This document shows positions 52,401 through 64,000 of a stretch of 64,000 bases of DNA, one piece after another. Positions within the stretch are counted from its first letter, which is position 1; each line of letters opens with the position of its first letter. The DNA lies in contig NW_024704742.1 of the NCBI RefSeq assembly GCF_018977255.1, forward strand, positions 115,012,001 to 115,076,000, in the 5' to 3' direction. The position numbers and the translations under genes were made by a program. This DNA comes from Callorhinchus milii (taxonomy: Eukaryota). The notes beneath the pieces are model-generated. The model ran no database searches and was not told the DNA's origin. It saw nothing but the letters and a program-made list of their open reading frames with translations.

Positions 52401-55400
52401 TACATTAGATTAAAGTAAGGAATGACAGTGTATCTAATATAAACTCAAATAGCACAATGGCAGCACAAACTGATTTTGATAACTCACAACATTTTTAAAA
52501 TCCCTCTTTCAACTTATCTGCTCGCGATCAAGATAACTTCACAAGGGACCAACCTCTTGCTTCATCTGCAGAAGCTGTTTCCTTGTGGCAGCTGCCATTC
52601 TGGCACAGGTACAGGGCTCTCCTCCAGGACTATTACAATGGCAGGCCCCCAGCACACCAAGCTGCAAGAAACCAACAAGAGCCATTCACTGTAGGTGTAC
52701 ACTGGGGCTTGGGATAGAATACTGGGTTCCCATACCTAAACTTTCAATCCTTGTCCTCACAGCCTGCAGGAGTCTGCAGAGATCTGAATTCTGAACACCC
52801 ACCCACTCCCCCACGCTTGCTATTCCTCACAGCACTGTGAGACTGGGAACATGGTCAATGGAGTAAAATCACAGATATCTTAGACATGGAGTTGGATCAT
52901 TAGCATGTTGGACCTCTGTGCTGCTGATTACAACTCTTGTGGCGTTTAACCAATTTTTGTTACACCCACAGTTAGCAAAGAATTTATTTACGTCAGGTTA
53001 TATATAACTGGATGTTACTGTAGAATAAAATGATTTTAAAGGGTACTTAAAACCTGGGGGAGATAATGTCCAGTGAAGGGATTACCTCAAGGGTTGTAAC
53101 TTCGGTGAAGCCATTCTTGCTTGTTGACAATAGTCCCCGGATCATCTGCTGATCTTTCACATCGAGCATTGCAAGTAGTTCTGAAGAGCTCTGAGTCAAA
53201 ACTGAGAAAAGAAAGACGAGAGCATCTCAACGAACGCTTATATCAGAAGCGAGTCACAGCAACCGAAGAGAGGATACCTTAAATCAACATGTGAAGTTTC
53301 ATAGAGGGATATATTGTGCTTGTGGAGCAAAACAGGTCAAGGTTTGAATAGTTAAGCTGTGATTATGATGAATATCTTCGAGTTAGTGCTGGATTACTCT
53401 GTTTAGAATTTCCTTCCAGAAGATAGCTGGAGTAGGGCAAATTCTACAACAGGGTAGGTTTTAGATAAATAAAAGTAGAAAAATAAGTGCATTTTTGTCA
53501 TTTTAGTCACATTGTAGGGACCTCAATCCGAGGAGGCCTTGCTTACCTTACCCCCCCACCCACACCACCCCCATCTCCCCTGTGGATAGCAATAGTCTAG
53601 TCATACTAATCTCCTGCTCCCCAGATTCTGACAAACAACAAATTAGGACACTGATCCAAGCCAAAGGAGGGGATTAAAAATACACCTCTCAATTCTGGAA
53701 CCTGGGTTTCAATCTTTTCCTTAATGTATAAATAATTGTTTCATTTGATTTAGTGCCTTATCATGTTGTTGAGAAGTCTCAAAGCATGTCATAGAATATA
53801 CTGTAAAGTTTTGTGGCTATGAATTAGACATATTCTGTGTAAAATGTATTGACTCGGTGAAGTTGATGTGTTCAATCTCGAGGAGCTATCATGTGCTGCT
53901 TGTGAATCATTTTTATTGTGTACTTCTAAAGGTTTTGGGCAACATAATCTTTCATAAACAATTTAAAATGTAATTCACGTATGGAACTGTAATTTATATA
54001 CAGGTTCCTATTCACATCCGATCAACTTTAAGATCCACATTTTAACTTTAAAATGCCTCCCCGCTATTTCCCACCGTATCTCTGATCTTCTACAACAACA
54101 ACAAGATTACATTTGTACAGCGCCTTTCTCGTCGGGAGGATGTCCCAAGACGCTGGACAGTGTAACAGCATTTCAGACCCGAACTGGGGTCAGGGGGGGA
54201 GAAGGGAGGCGAGGGGAAGATGACCAATGGCATGGTCGAAGAGGAGGGTTCTGAGGCGGGACTTGCAGGAGGCTAAGGAGGGGGCGAGGCGGAGTGATTG
54301 GGGGATGGAGTTCCAGAGGTTGGGGACAGAGTGGCTGAAGGCTCTCCCGCCAATGGTGGGGCGGGAGGGTCAGGCGACGTGAAACAGGCCGGAGCTGGCT
54401 GAGCGGAGGGAGCGGGTGGGTTGGTAGGTCACAGAGGTGGGGCGAGGCCATTGAGGGCTTTGTAGGTGAAGACCAGGATTTTGAACTGGATCCTCTGAAG
54501 GATAGGGAGCCAATGGAATCGGGCGAGAATGGGGGAGATGGGGTCACGGAGTTTGGTGCGGGAGAGGACACGGGCTGCAGAGTTCTGGATTATCTGCAGC
54601 CTGTGGAGGGAGGAGTTGGGAAGGCCAACAAGCAGGGCATTTGTACAGTCGAGCCTGGAGGTGATGAAAGCATGAACAAGAGTTTCAGCGGCCTGAGGGG
54701 TGAGGTAGTGGTGGAGTCGGGTCATCTCCCTCCAACTCCCCCATTTCCCACACTGATTGGGCGTCCACTCACTCTTTGTGAAAGCACTTGAGATGGTTAT
54801 CTCCATGAAAGGTGCTATGTAAAAGTGTTCGCTGAGAACTTACTAGCATTTTCTGATTTGAGATCCCGAATCTCTGCATCTCTTGCTTCCACAGTTGCTG
54901 CAAGTTCGGCATTTTCAATGCACAGTCTGTGAAGCAAAGCAACAAGAACATGATTGTACAATCTTTTACGTAAACATTTACATTTACTAGTATTAGTTTA
55001 CTAGTTCAATGAATAGAAATGATAATTGAAGAAACGTGAATCCAAAGAAAATTAAGAGTCCATTAGTGACAATACAAATTTACACTTATATAGTGATAAC
55101 GTATTAAAAAAAAGTGGATAAGATTTGTTGGCATTTAATATTCCTTCACTATTGCATTCCTCTCGATAGATGTTTATTTTACAAAATGTAAACGCTCACT
55201 TGTCCTCACAGGACAAGTAGCAGGAAGCTTATTGGTGCCTCATACTGGTAAATTGTAGAATTTTAGATAGCAGAGCCTTAGCACTGTGCCAACACACAAT
55301 TGGGGTGCAAATTAATGCCTTACTTTCTACTGACCCGAATGTGTGCTTTTCAAGCATAGGCAAGCAGGTTTACTTCTTTAACCACCACCCCCACCCCTGA

Positions 55401-58400
55401 AGGAAACTGTATCCTCCACAATTGGCAAAGAAAGTAAGAGTTTAAATGTTTGAACTGAGATTAGCGACTGAATCCATGATCTGTAAATATTACTCCTCCC
55501 ATGACTGAAAATGCAAAGAGCTGATAAACCAACCACTAACCACATGGTTAAAGTTCAATTACTTCCAATCAGGCATTATAATGATGTACACAAGTGATAC
55601 ACATGTCAACATAAAAAATGGACTAAAGCACATAGCAATCAAATCACTTATTGGAAACTAATAGAAAGGTATTTACCAGTAAAATCATTCCATTATCTTG
55701 TGGGTCTAACCCTGCTATGCCAAAATTGTTTTAGCCAGATAACAAGCAAAATCAACCGCTTTTTGTTAACTAATTTCATATCCGAGTCTAGTGAGTGATG
55801 GCAGGTGATTCAACCATGAAAGCATCATAGCCCTCATCTGAAATCCATGCCCTTTCTACTAGGAAATGATAGATAGCGATCAAGAGGACGGTCCCAGATT
55901 CATTGGTGAGGTCATCAGTAATAGGAAATTGTATTATTTATATTTTTAACTATTTATTGCACATTGGTTCAACTTTAAATGCTTTTTGGAGGGAAGCTAC
56001 ATTAAGCTGGCATTAAGTCTGGTTATCATTCTTATTCTGGGACTGAATAAATGTCTATTAGATCAACGTATTCATGACAGGAATATAAATAGCAGCACAA
56101 CAGGACCACATGGATACAGTCAAATCCTGTATCTGTGTGAATCCACACAAACCATAGTACACCCAGCACTGGCTCAACAGTTTCCCACGCTAAACAATTG
56201 CTGATGATTGGCTCTATAGATCATTGCTGACATCACTTTCTACATACTTCGCACTCTAGACTACACAGGAAGCGGTAACGCTGCGCTTCTTGCACATGAG
56301 TGCAATATGCAGGAAGTGGCATCAGTATCAACTTGGTAACCAAGAAGTCAGCCATTTGTTCTCGGTTGCATATAATGCCACCACTGAGAGACTGGACCTA
56401 GAGGACCACATTATAATGAGTTTGCCTTCTATCAACACAACAGGGCCACACAGACACCAACCTGACAGGACTACACAGATACCAACCGGTCATATCTTTG
56501 CATGTAGGTTTGTTTGAAGTTCTTATGTTTATCCTGATTGAACTCTTTTTCCCACTGCAAAACATTTACTTCCTGTAAATAACAACAAACTGTTACTATC
56601 TGTTAGGTTATTCGGTGCTGCTCGAGAACATCCCTGGCAATCCTACAAGACTTACAAACGCCATTATACCCTCTTCAATAACACATCCTGGTGACAGGCA
56701 TATGGTGAAATCCATGATCCAAGATGGGCTTAGCGATAGATACATTTGACAAAGTGTGACAGATAGTTTGGAATGGAAGGTAGTCTCCTGAAGGAGAGAT
56801 TGCGCGAGAATGTACCTCCCCTAGGGGTGGGCCTTTGCTTACTTGTCCAAAGGATGATTCTTTATGTGTAGTCACCTAGTAGCAATAACAAATTATATTT
56901 ATGTAGCACCTTTTACGTTGGAAGGACATCCCAAGGCACCCGACAGTTAAGGATTTGTAATTTATCTGGGGATTGGAATCAAGAGAGGTGGAGGGTAGGG
57001 GGGCGGGGGTGGGAGTGTGGCCAAAGGCACAGTCAAAGGGGAAGATCTTGAGATGGGCTTTGAAGGAGGCAAGGGAGGAGGCAAGGCGGGGGGGACTGTG
57101 GAATGGAGTTCCAGAGGGGAGGGCAGGAGAGCTAAAGGCCCGACTGCCAATGGTTGGGTGGGCATGTGGGGGACATAGAGTAGACCAGTCCCCACCGAAC
57201 GGAGAGAACAGGAAAGTTGGTTTGGTGTTAAGAGGTCGCAGAGGTAGGGAGGAGCAAGGCCATGGAGGGCTTTAAAAATGAGGATGAGGATTTTAAACTA
57301 GAAGCAGCAGCAGGTTAGTCAATCATGGGGGCTAGTACAGCCAAGACCACAATGGACTAACTGATTGACAAACATCCACTTCTAGGAGAGGTCTCTGTAT
57401 AGTCATCAGGAAAACATCAGGTTATTGCTTCCCCTGCATGGTTCAGTGCTGTTGGGGCCAAGTTATATTGCCTGCCCCACACCACTTATTGGCTGAGAAT
57501 AGCTAACAGGAAAACCAGGAACAAAACCTCTGACTTTTCTGGTTTGTTTGGCTCTATGCCATGTCACAAGATGTATTTAACCCTCCGAAATAACCTAAAA
57601 ATCAATAACAGTGTGTTGCTATTTTATAGGAAGTGAATGCTTTGTAGTGGGTTGGGAAGAAAGAGAAGAAGAAAGACGAGAGATTTCTGGAAAGAAAAGT
57701 TTATTTTAAAAAAAAGAAACCAAAAAGTACAAATTGTGACTGAACTAGAAACCTAGAAAAGACACCTAAAGAAACCAAGTCTAATATCTCTTATTCACCC
57801 ACCAACTGGAGGTTTCCAGGGTTGGAATATACACAAGAGGGGTAAATAAAATAATAATCCTTACATTTGATACAGTGCCTTTCACATTGGCACAAAGTCT
57901 CAAAGTGTGTCAAGGATTTATTGTATAGTGAGTGTGCATTTTGTAGATGAAAGTAGGAGCCAATTTGTGCACCTCATTAGCCCACAAACAGCCATGGTGA
58001 TTGACCAGTTTTATTTGGGGGATTGTTTGCCAGGGAGAAACTGCATTCTCCTTTCGAATAGTGCTTGGGGATCTTTAACATCCAACTGAGCAGGCATCAG
58101 TTCAATGTCTCATTTGAAGGATGACACTTCCAACCAACAATGCAGCACTCCCCTACAAAGCATTGCAGTGTCAACCTAGACTATAATCTCAATGTAAATT
58201 TGTTCGCAAACAAAAGTGTTGGCATGCCGGATGAATGAACTAAACAGTACCAGGATGTGCAGTAAGCAGGTCACACCAAGCAGTTTAGCCACAAAATAAG
58301 CACCAAAGATTTCTGATACAATCACCCAAGTATAGTACAAAGTTCAAACCTATGTACACACCATTTTGAAGTGCAATAGATTGCAGTTACACTTTTACGA

Positions 58401-61400
58401 CCTATGGTAGTGAGAATGTTTGTGTACAGGATGTAGGGGAAAGATACTTCCACCAAAACCTTTTGACAACAGTATTTAATACATTCCAATTTTCAAAAGT
58501 GGAAAAAATTCTGAGGTTTACTTTAGAATTTCCCCAATGGCTAATGGGTAAACTCACACCTAGTTCAGCAATGAGACATTCGGTTTGCTAGATCACATGT
58601 CCGAATGCCATTCTGTGCTAGTTTCAGATAGAGCAAAAGGTGCAATGGTAGAATTGGCCTCAAACCCCATGGATTAAGAAGAGGAATTTCAGCCAGATAT
58701 TTGCCTCTGATCACTATCCCTGCTGCAAGATGGGAGTCAATAGAAGAGAGGTTAGGGCTCAGCGGTGATGTTCCTCCTCTGCAGTCATTGGGCTGGCAAC
58801 ATTCACACATGAATAATAATAATAATCCTTGTATTTGATATAGCGCCTTATCACGTCATTGAGACGTCTCAAAGCGCTTGACAGAATATATTGTAAAGTG
58901 AATTAACTGTGTATTTTGTGCATGAAACGTAGCAGCCAATTGTGCACAGCAGTGTCCCACAATCAGTTGTGGATTGAGTGACGCAATTTACCGACCGAAT
59001 AATGTCCATGTGAGGTACAGAAGGAGATTGGCACCTAATGAACTGGGTCTGGACAAACAGAAAAGGAGTTAAAAGCCTTTGAAGGAGAAATATTGGCAAT
59101 CAAAAATAAAGGCTTAATCTGCTATAAGGCGGAACTGTTGTAAATAAACAATTTCCTTACATAAACTAGAAGAATGACAATAAAATGGATTTCAGGTGCG
59201 GTGTATGTATTTGCACACAAAGCAGTACCTACCTTTTCTAAAATCTTGTTACGTTCCTCTGTTTTCTGTAGGAGGGTCTTTGTGTGAGGGATGGCTTTAT
59301 CAAGCACAGCCTGTGAAATGGAAACAACATATCAGGATGTGCAGAATGCTCAGCATTCAATTCACCAGTAGGCAGAGTTCAGTTTACATAATTATCATCT
59401 ACAGCCTGGTCAACAGAGGTGAAACATCAGTATATACACAGCAAGCAGCATACAATAATCATAGATTTACATAGATGGTACAGCATTGAAACAGGCCGTT
59501 CAGCCCAACCAGTCCATGTCAATGTTTATTCTCCATGAGTCTCTATTCACTCCTTACTGCTCCCGACTCCCTCTATTCGTTTTGCCCACAAAATATACAG
59601 TCAATTCACTTTACATATATTCTGTGAAGCGCTTTGAGATATCTCAACAACTTGATAAATCGATATATCAAATGCAAGGATTATTACAATTATATATTTA
59701 GCTTCCTCTTGAAGGCATTTATACTATTATCTATATACGTTTTAAAGAAAAGTAACTGAAGAATAAAAATGGCCAAATGTGACAAACAAAACAAAAGCTA
59801 TCGTGAAGTAATCAGGTGAACCTACACTGTAGCCTTCAGGCCTTCAGAGATGAGTACAAATCCACAGCCCCTTACACTACAATACATTTTATAATTTTTC
59901 TTACAATAAAATTATAACATCATACATTTTAAAATAATAGGGAGCGAGAGTACAGTGAGTTAAAAAAACATTGTTCTTAGTTCTGGAATCAAATTTTAAT
60001 TCTGTGTAGACTGATGGGATTAAGACACCCCCGATTCCTGTCTCCCTCCCCCACTAATTTGATGAGTGACAATACAACAGTTTGAATACTCAATCCAGTT
60101 TCAATAGCCGTAATTCTAAAGCATTAAACATTTCATAATACCTTCCTCTATTGGCTCAGTGGGTAAGAGGGCTGGACAAAGACTAGGAATGTCCCAGGTA
60201 AGTAAGATCTTTGGCGTGTGCTAAATCACCTGATCGCAGACAGTGGGTTGTGTGTGAGACTTACAAACATAATTAGTGAAAAGTCTCCTGGTGCGTAGAT
60301 ACTATGCCTGCAGCTCACCATTTGGTCAATAGATTGCAGAAGATGTGGCTCAGTGTGGAAAGTGTAAAATAATTAGTGAAGTTGAAAATGCGCTCACAGG
60401 AGAACAATAGAAATAACTGCTCAAATCCCTCGGAAAAAGTACCTTGGCACAAAAGGACGACCCCTGCAGGTCATAATAATAATAATAATAATCCTTGCAT
60501 TTGATATAGCGCTTTTCACGTCAAGAGGACGTCCCAAAGCGCTTCACAGGCACACTAAAGTGAATTGACTGTATATTTGTGGGCGAACGCGGCAGCCAAT
60601 TGCGCACAGCAATGTCCCACAAACAGTCGTAGATTGAAAATGACCAATTATTATTGTTTTGTTTTGGAGGGATTATTATTAGGCTCTGTGTGGAGTAAGG
60701 AAACTTGCCCAAGGTTTCGCCCTGACCTGCCTGGAATTGAACTCAGGTCTCTCGCTTGCAAAGCGAGTGCTCTAACCTGTGCTCTAACTGAGCTACAGGA
60801 CTCCATCATCCGATGTCTATCACACTGACTAATAGTAACTCAGCTCCAACCATAGACCACCCATAAAATTATAATCTAGAAATACTCTTCAATGCAATAT
60901 GAAATAATAAAGCTGATTTCAACCGGCACATTTTATACTTTTGTTAATGCAAATAATTGTCATTTATTTTATGGGAAAAATATTTTAAAGTGACTGTATT
61001 ATATTAGGCTCCACTGTGCTGAATTATTAATAATACATGCTCTCGCAGTCCCTGCATGGAGCCTTGCCAACAACTTCCTCCTCCTCCATCCCAACCACAT
61101 CCACATGTACATTTTATTATCACCATAAATGGTGGCGACATGGCCTTCGGGTTTACTGTTGAAGCTAGTTAGTATGATTTTACTTTGCCACTTTCTGGTT
61201 CAACCATTCAATCACTGCACAGTCTTCACTTGAAATGTTCTCTTTTAACTTTGTTCTAGTTAAGCACCATAAAGCCAGCTATTAAGCACTTTAGGGGGCT
61301 GACTACAAATGCAGCGATTACACTTTACAGTAAAATGAGGTGAATCGCTTTGAGGCGTCTTGACGACGTAATAAAGCGCTATATCAAATGCAAGGATTAC

Positions 61401-62032
61401 TATTATTTATTACTGCTTGTAAAATCTTAAACCCATTCACTTTGCTTCACAGCTAGAGCATAACATTCCCCGCACAACCAAATACTGTATTAACCTAAAG
61501 AACTAATATGAGTGAAGACGTACTTAATACCAATTTATTATCTTGGGCTCCAGGTACTAACAATCCTATCTAAGATCCCCCACTGAAATAATTGACTGAC
61601 CAGTGGAGCCCCACTGACTAAATCAGAGACTCAAAGTAGACCAGTTAGTGAAACAGCAAACTCACCATGCTCTGCAGTATTTTCAATGCTTCATATTTCC
61701 CCTCAAGCTGCTTTTGTGTTACTTCGAGCTCACTTCGTAAAATCTCTGCATCCTGAGTATTAAAAAACTCAGTAGTCATAATTCAATAGTAATTGAAAAA
61801 AAACATTAAAAGCAGAGCTGGGTTAGAGTGAGGTTCTTTACCATTAATCTATGTTTCATTACAAAAAATGACTATCCTTTAAATAGATGCAAAAGTAAAG
61901 TACAGATTATCTTTTAGAGCAAAAAAGATTTTTTTACATTAAAGAATAAAAAATAAATTAAAAATAGAATTACCTCAGTGACTTCCTGAAGCCTTTGTTT
62001 CAGCTCTTCATTTGTCATTTCAACATTCAATG
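49053..62032 (-). CDS. CCDC125: Coiled-coil domain-containing protein 125, 3' part (10 exons; N-terminus outside the window)
   Basis: Exons 62032-61974, 61752-61666, 59310-59233, 56572-56487, 54926-54844, 53201-53086, 52661-52554, 51416-51239, 51000-50864, 49430-49053, all phase-compatible. Motifs [80 protein letters not shown]. Confidence 0.93.
50365..50683 (+). mobile_element. Full-length tRNA-derived SINE
   Basis: GAGTCCTGTAGCTCAGTGGTTAGAGC head to (ATT)n tail; TTATTACCA repeated at both flanks. Confidence 0.93.
50864..51000 (-). CDS. CCDC125: CCDC125 exon
   Basis: [20 protein letters not shown]...[13 protein letters not shown]; 137 nt. Confidence 0.92.
51239..51416 (-). CDS. CCDC125: CCDC125 exon
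   Basis: [32 protein letters not shown]...LMEK; 178 nt. Confidence 0.94.
51825..52075 (-). mobile_element. L2 3' fragment
   Basis: Similar to 46790-47050. Confidence 0.78.
52554..52661 (-). CDS. CCDC125: CCDC125 exon
   Basis: [36 protein letters not shown]; 108 nt. Confidence 0.94.
53086..53201 (-). CDS. CCDC125: CCDC125 exon
   Basis: [19 protein letters not shown]...GFTEVTTLE; 116 nt. Confidence 0.92.
54092..54722 (-). mobile_element. L2 LINE 3' fragment
   Basis: [16 protein letters not shown]...QNSAARVL...[14 protein letters not shown]. Confidence 0.92.
54844..54926 (-). CDS. CCDC125: CCDC125 exon
   Basis: [27 protein letters not shown]; 83 nt. Confidence 0.92.
56487..56572 (-). CDS. 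CCDC125: CCDC125 exon
   Basis: [29 protein letters not shown]; 86 nt. Confidence 0.92.
56882..57300 (-). mobile_element. L2 LINE 3' fragment
   Basis: Similar to 46790-47200. Confidence 0.85.
59233..59310 (-). CDS. CCDC125: CCDC125 exon
   Basis: [26 protein letters not shown]. Confidence 0.93.
60473..60804 (-). mobile_element. Full-length tRNA-derived SINE
   Basis: Same family; short tandem duplication in head. Confidence 0.92.
61666..61752 (-). CDS. CCDC125: CCDC125 exon
   Basis: [29 protein letters not shown]. Confidence 0.93.
61974..62032 (-). CDS. CCDC125: CCDC125 exon
   Basis: [19 protein letters not shown]; ctgcag| and |gtaatt. Confidence 0.88.
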
Positions 62033-62634
62033 CTGCAGAGATAAGTTAGGTTTCAGAAAAGTACTAATCTTCATTTGTTTGTTAGAACCCAGTTGTTAGT
62101 CAATTGGCAGATTGCTAACCGGGGTGTACAAAAAAAATTGTGTCACTCAATCTACGACTGTTTCTGGGCCACTGTTGTGCACAATCAGCTGCCACATTTC
62201 GCCCATAAAATGTACGATCAATTCACTTTACAATTTATTCTGTGAAGCGCTTTGAGATGTCTTGATGACGTGATTAAGCGCTACATCAAATGCAAGGATT
62301 ATTATTATTATTGTTAAAAGCAAAAAAGACATATTCTCGATTTTGCCTTAATACATAATTACTGTATCTAGTGATGCCAACATAGAGAACATTTTTATTT
62401 CTTCAAAAAACAATTTGTTTTATCCTCCTAGAAATTCTTTTCACAGTTTCTTTTTTCAGTAAAACAATAACAAAATTACATTTGTATAGCGCCTTTCACA
62501 TCAGGCAAATGATAAGATCATCTAGTAGAACATTGACATGAAGACTTACACTGTATATATTTTAAAAATTGAAAAGGTGTAATACATTCCTGATCCAAGC
62601 AGAGGATTCAATATATTATAGCACTAATACTCAC

Positions 62635-62721
62635 TTGCACGATCACAGGAAGGATTTGGATGAAGAAGGCGCTTTGGTTCATTCAATCGCAATCTTTCAG
62701 AATACCGTCCCTTCTCTCTTC
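62635..62721 (-). CDS. Possible additional upstream CCDC125 exon
   Basis: atag| ... A|gtgagt, 87 nt open in phase 1/1, compatible with the next exon; weak pyrimidine tract and peptide not recognised. Confidence 0.3.
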
Positions 62722-63038
62722 CTATCATACCACCAAATTTAGAGTTCTACCCTCAGTCAGCCTTCCAAATAACTCATTCCAGATGTTACTGGAGTTACTG
62801 GACTCATACATTGAGTTTTGTATTAATTATTGATGAGTTTATCCAGATACAAGCACTTTATCATGTTAGGGTTTGATATTTATTAGGCACATTGGCACAG
62901 ATATAGTATTAAAAAATATGGAGGAGATCAGGCTTCACATATCTTGTTCCACATGCATCTATTTATTTCACTGTTAATCACATTCACTGCTTTCCTCCGA
63001 CTTCAGTTACTGCTGAAAATACAGCACTACAACTTACT

Positions 63039-63334
63039 ATAATAATAATAATCCTTGCATTTGATATAGCGCTTTTCACGTCTTCTAGATGTCTCAAAAT
63101 GCTTCACAGAATATACTGTAAAGTGAATTGAATGTATATTCTGTCGGTGAAATGCGGTAGCCAATTGGGTACAGCAGTGTCCCACAAACAGCCGTGGATT
63201 GAAGTGACCAATCTTTATTTTTTTGTTTTTAAGGGATTATTATCAGGCACGTAGAGTAAGGAAACTTGCCCAAGGTTTCACCCTGCCGGGAATCGAACCC
63301 AGGTCTCTCGCTTGCAAAGCGAGTGCTCTAACCA
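63039..63334 (-). mobile_element. tRNA-derived SINE, slightly 5'-truncated
   Basis: Same family. Confidence 0.9.
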
Positions 63335-64000
63335 TACCTTAGCACATACATCCTCCTGTAGATCGATGTGCTCTAGTTCATCTTTAACCCTTTCTGATTT
63401 TCTCTTTGTTACATTCTAAGTATGAATCCATTCATCTCTTCAGATTCTCTTCACCTCTTTTCTTGCCAATTGTCTCCCTTCTTCCTCCTCGACCTCTTCC
63501 TTTTCTTCTTGCCGAGTACTGCCAAGCTATAGTTCCTCCAGCACCCTCTGCTTCACCTGAGCCAAGTGCATGTTTATGTGTGACCCTGGATCCTAAAGTG
63601 TTGCCAGTTTATTCATTACAGAGAAGCTTGATCCTGTAAATACTTTACGTAACATCAAGCGAGGCAATTCTGGCTGATTTCATTCACCCCCTCCTTAGTC
63701 CAGGGGCGCTCTGAGATCAACTGTAGCAAACCAATTATTTTATCAACTCAGATCAGCTCACTCAGCGAACGCCAGAGATTCAATCTGCATCTTTCTGGTC
63801 TGTATGACTTAATACAATACACCTAGCGATACATTTACCTACCAGGCCATCAGAGGGAGTACAATAACTCTAACAAATTCTCCTTACAACTGATAAAACC
63901 GCTCCAAAAGATATGTAGAACAATTTCACTGATGGTAAAGAAACAGAAACAACTCCCAACAGCTGATCAAGTGATTTTGGCTAAAACAGAACGTGACTGA

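Overview
Eukaryotic (vertebrate) genomic DNA, most likely a cartilaginous fish (inferred from the Deu-domain tRNA SINEs, L2/CR1 LINE relics and protein divergence; species not determinable here). Three spliced protein-coding genes lie head-to-tail on the minus strand: FAM151B (complete, 6 coding exons, 538-7940, 275 aa), ZFYVE16/endofin (17 coding exons, 13867-42001, about 1544 aa if repaired, with a CpG-rich first exon/promoter near 45.0-45.7 kb) and the 3' part of CCDC125 (10 exons, 49053-62032, 5' end outside the window). Exons were read by hand from GT/AG sites and phase arithmetic. Most short ORFs in the track are repeat-derived artefacts. Best observations: (1) the large ZFYVE16 exon is one base short, splitting it into two ORFs joined by an ATGA stop/start overlap; (2) this endofin carries a near-perfect SARA-type Smad-binding domain; (3) a 47-bp copy of a ZFYVE16 exon sits in a downstream intron with only silent or conservative differences and an in-frame acceptor; (4) a 5-unit minisatellite of CTCF-like motifs lies at the ZFYVE16 promoter; (5) a 1.3-kb DNA transposon has 20-bp TIRs, an 8-bp TSD and an amplified end junction; (6) the SINE and L2 share a 3' hairpin with a compensatory base-pair change. 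I found no prokaryote-type system, and I cannot establish a wholly new system from sequence alone.
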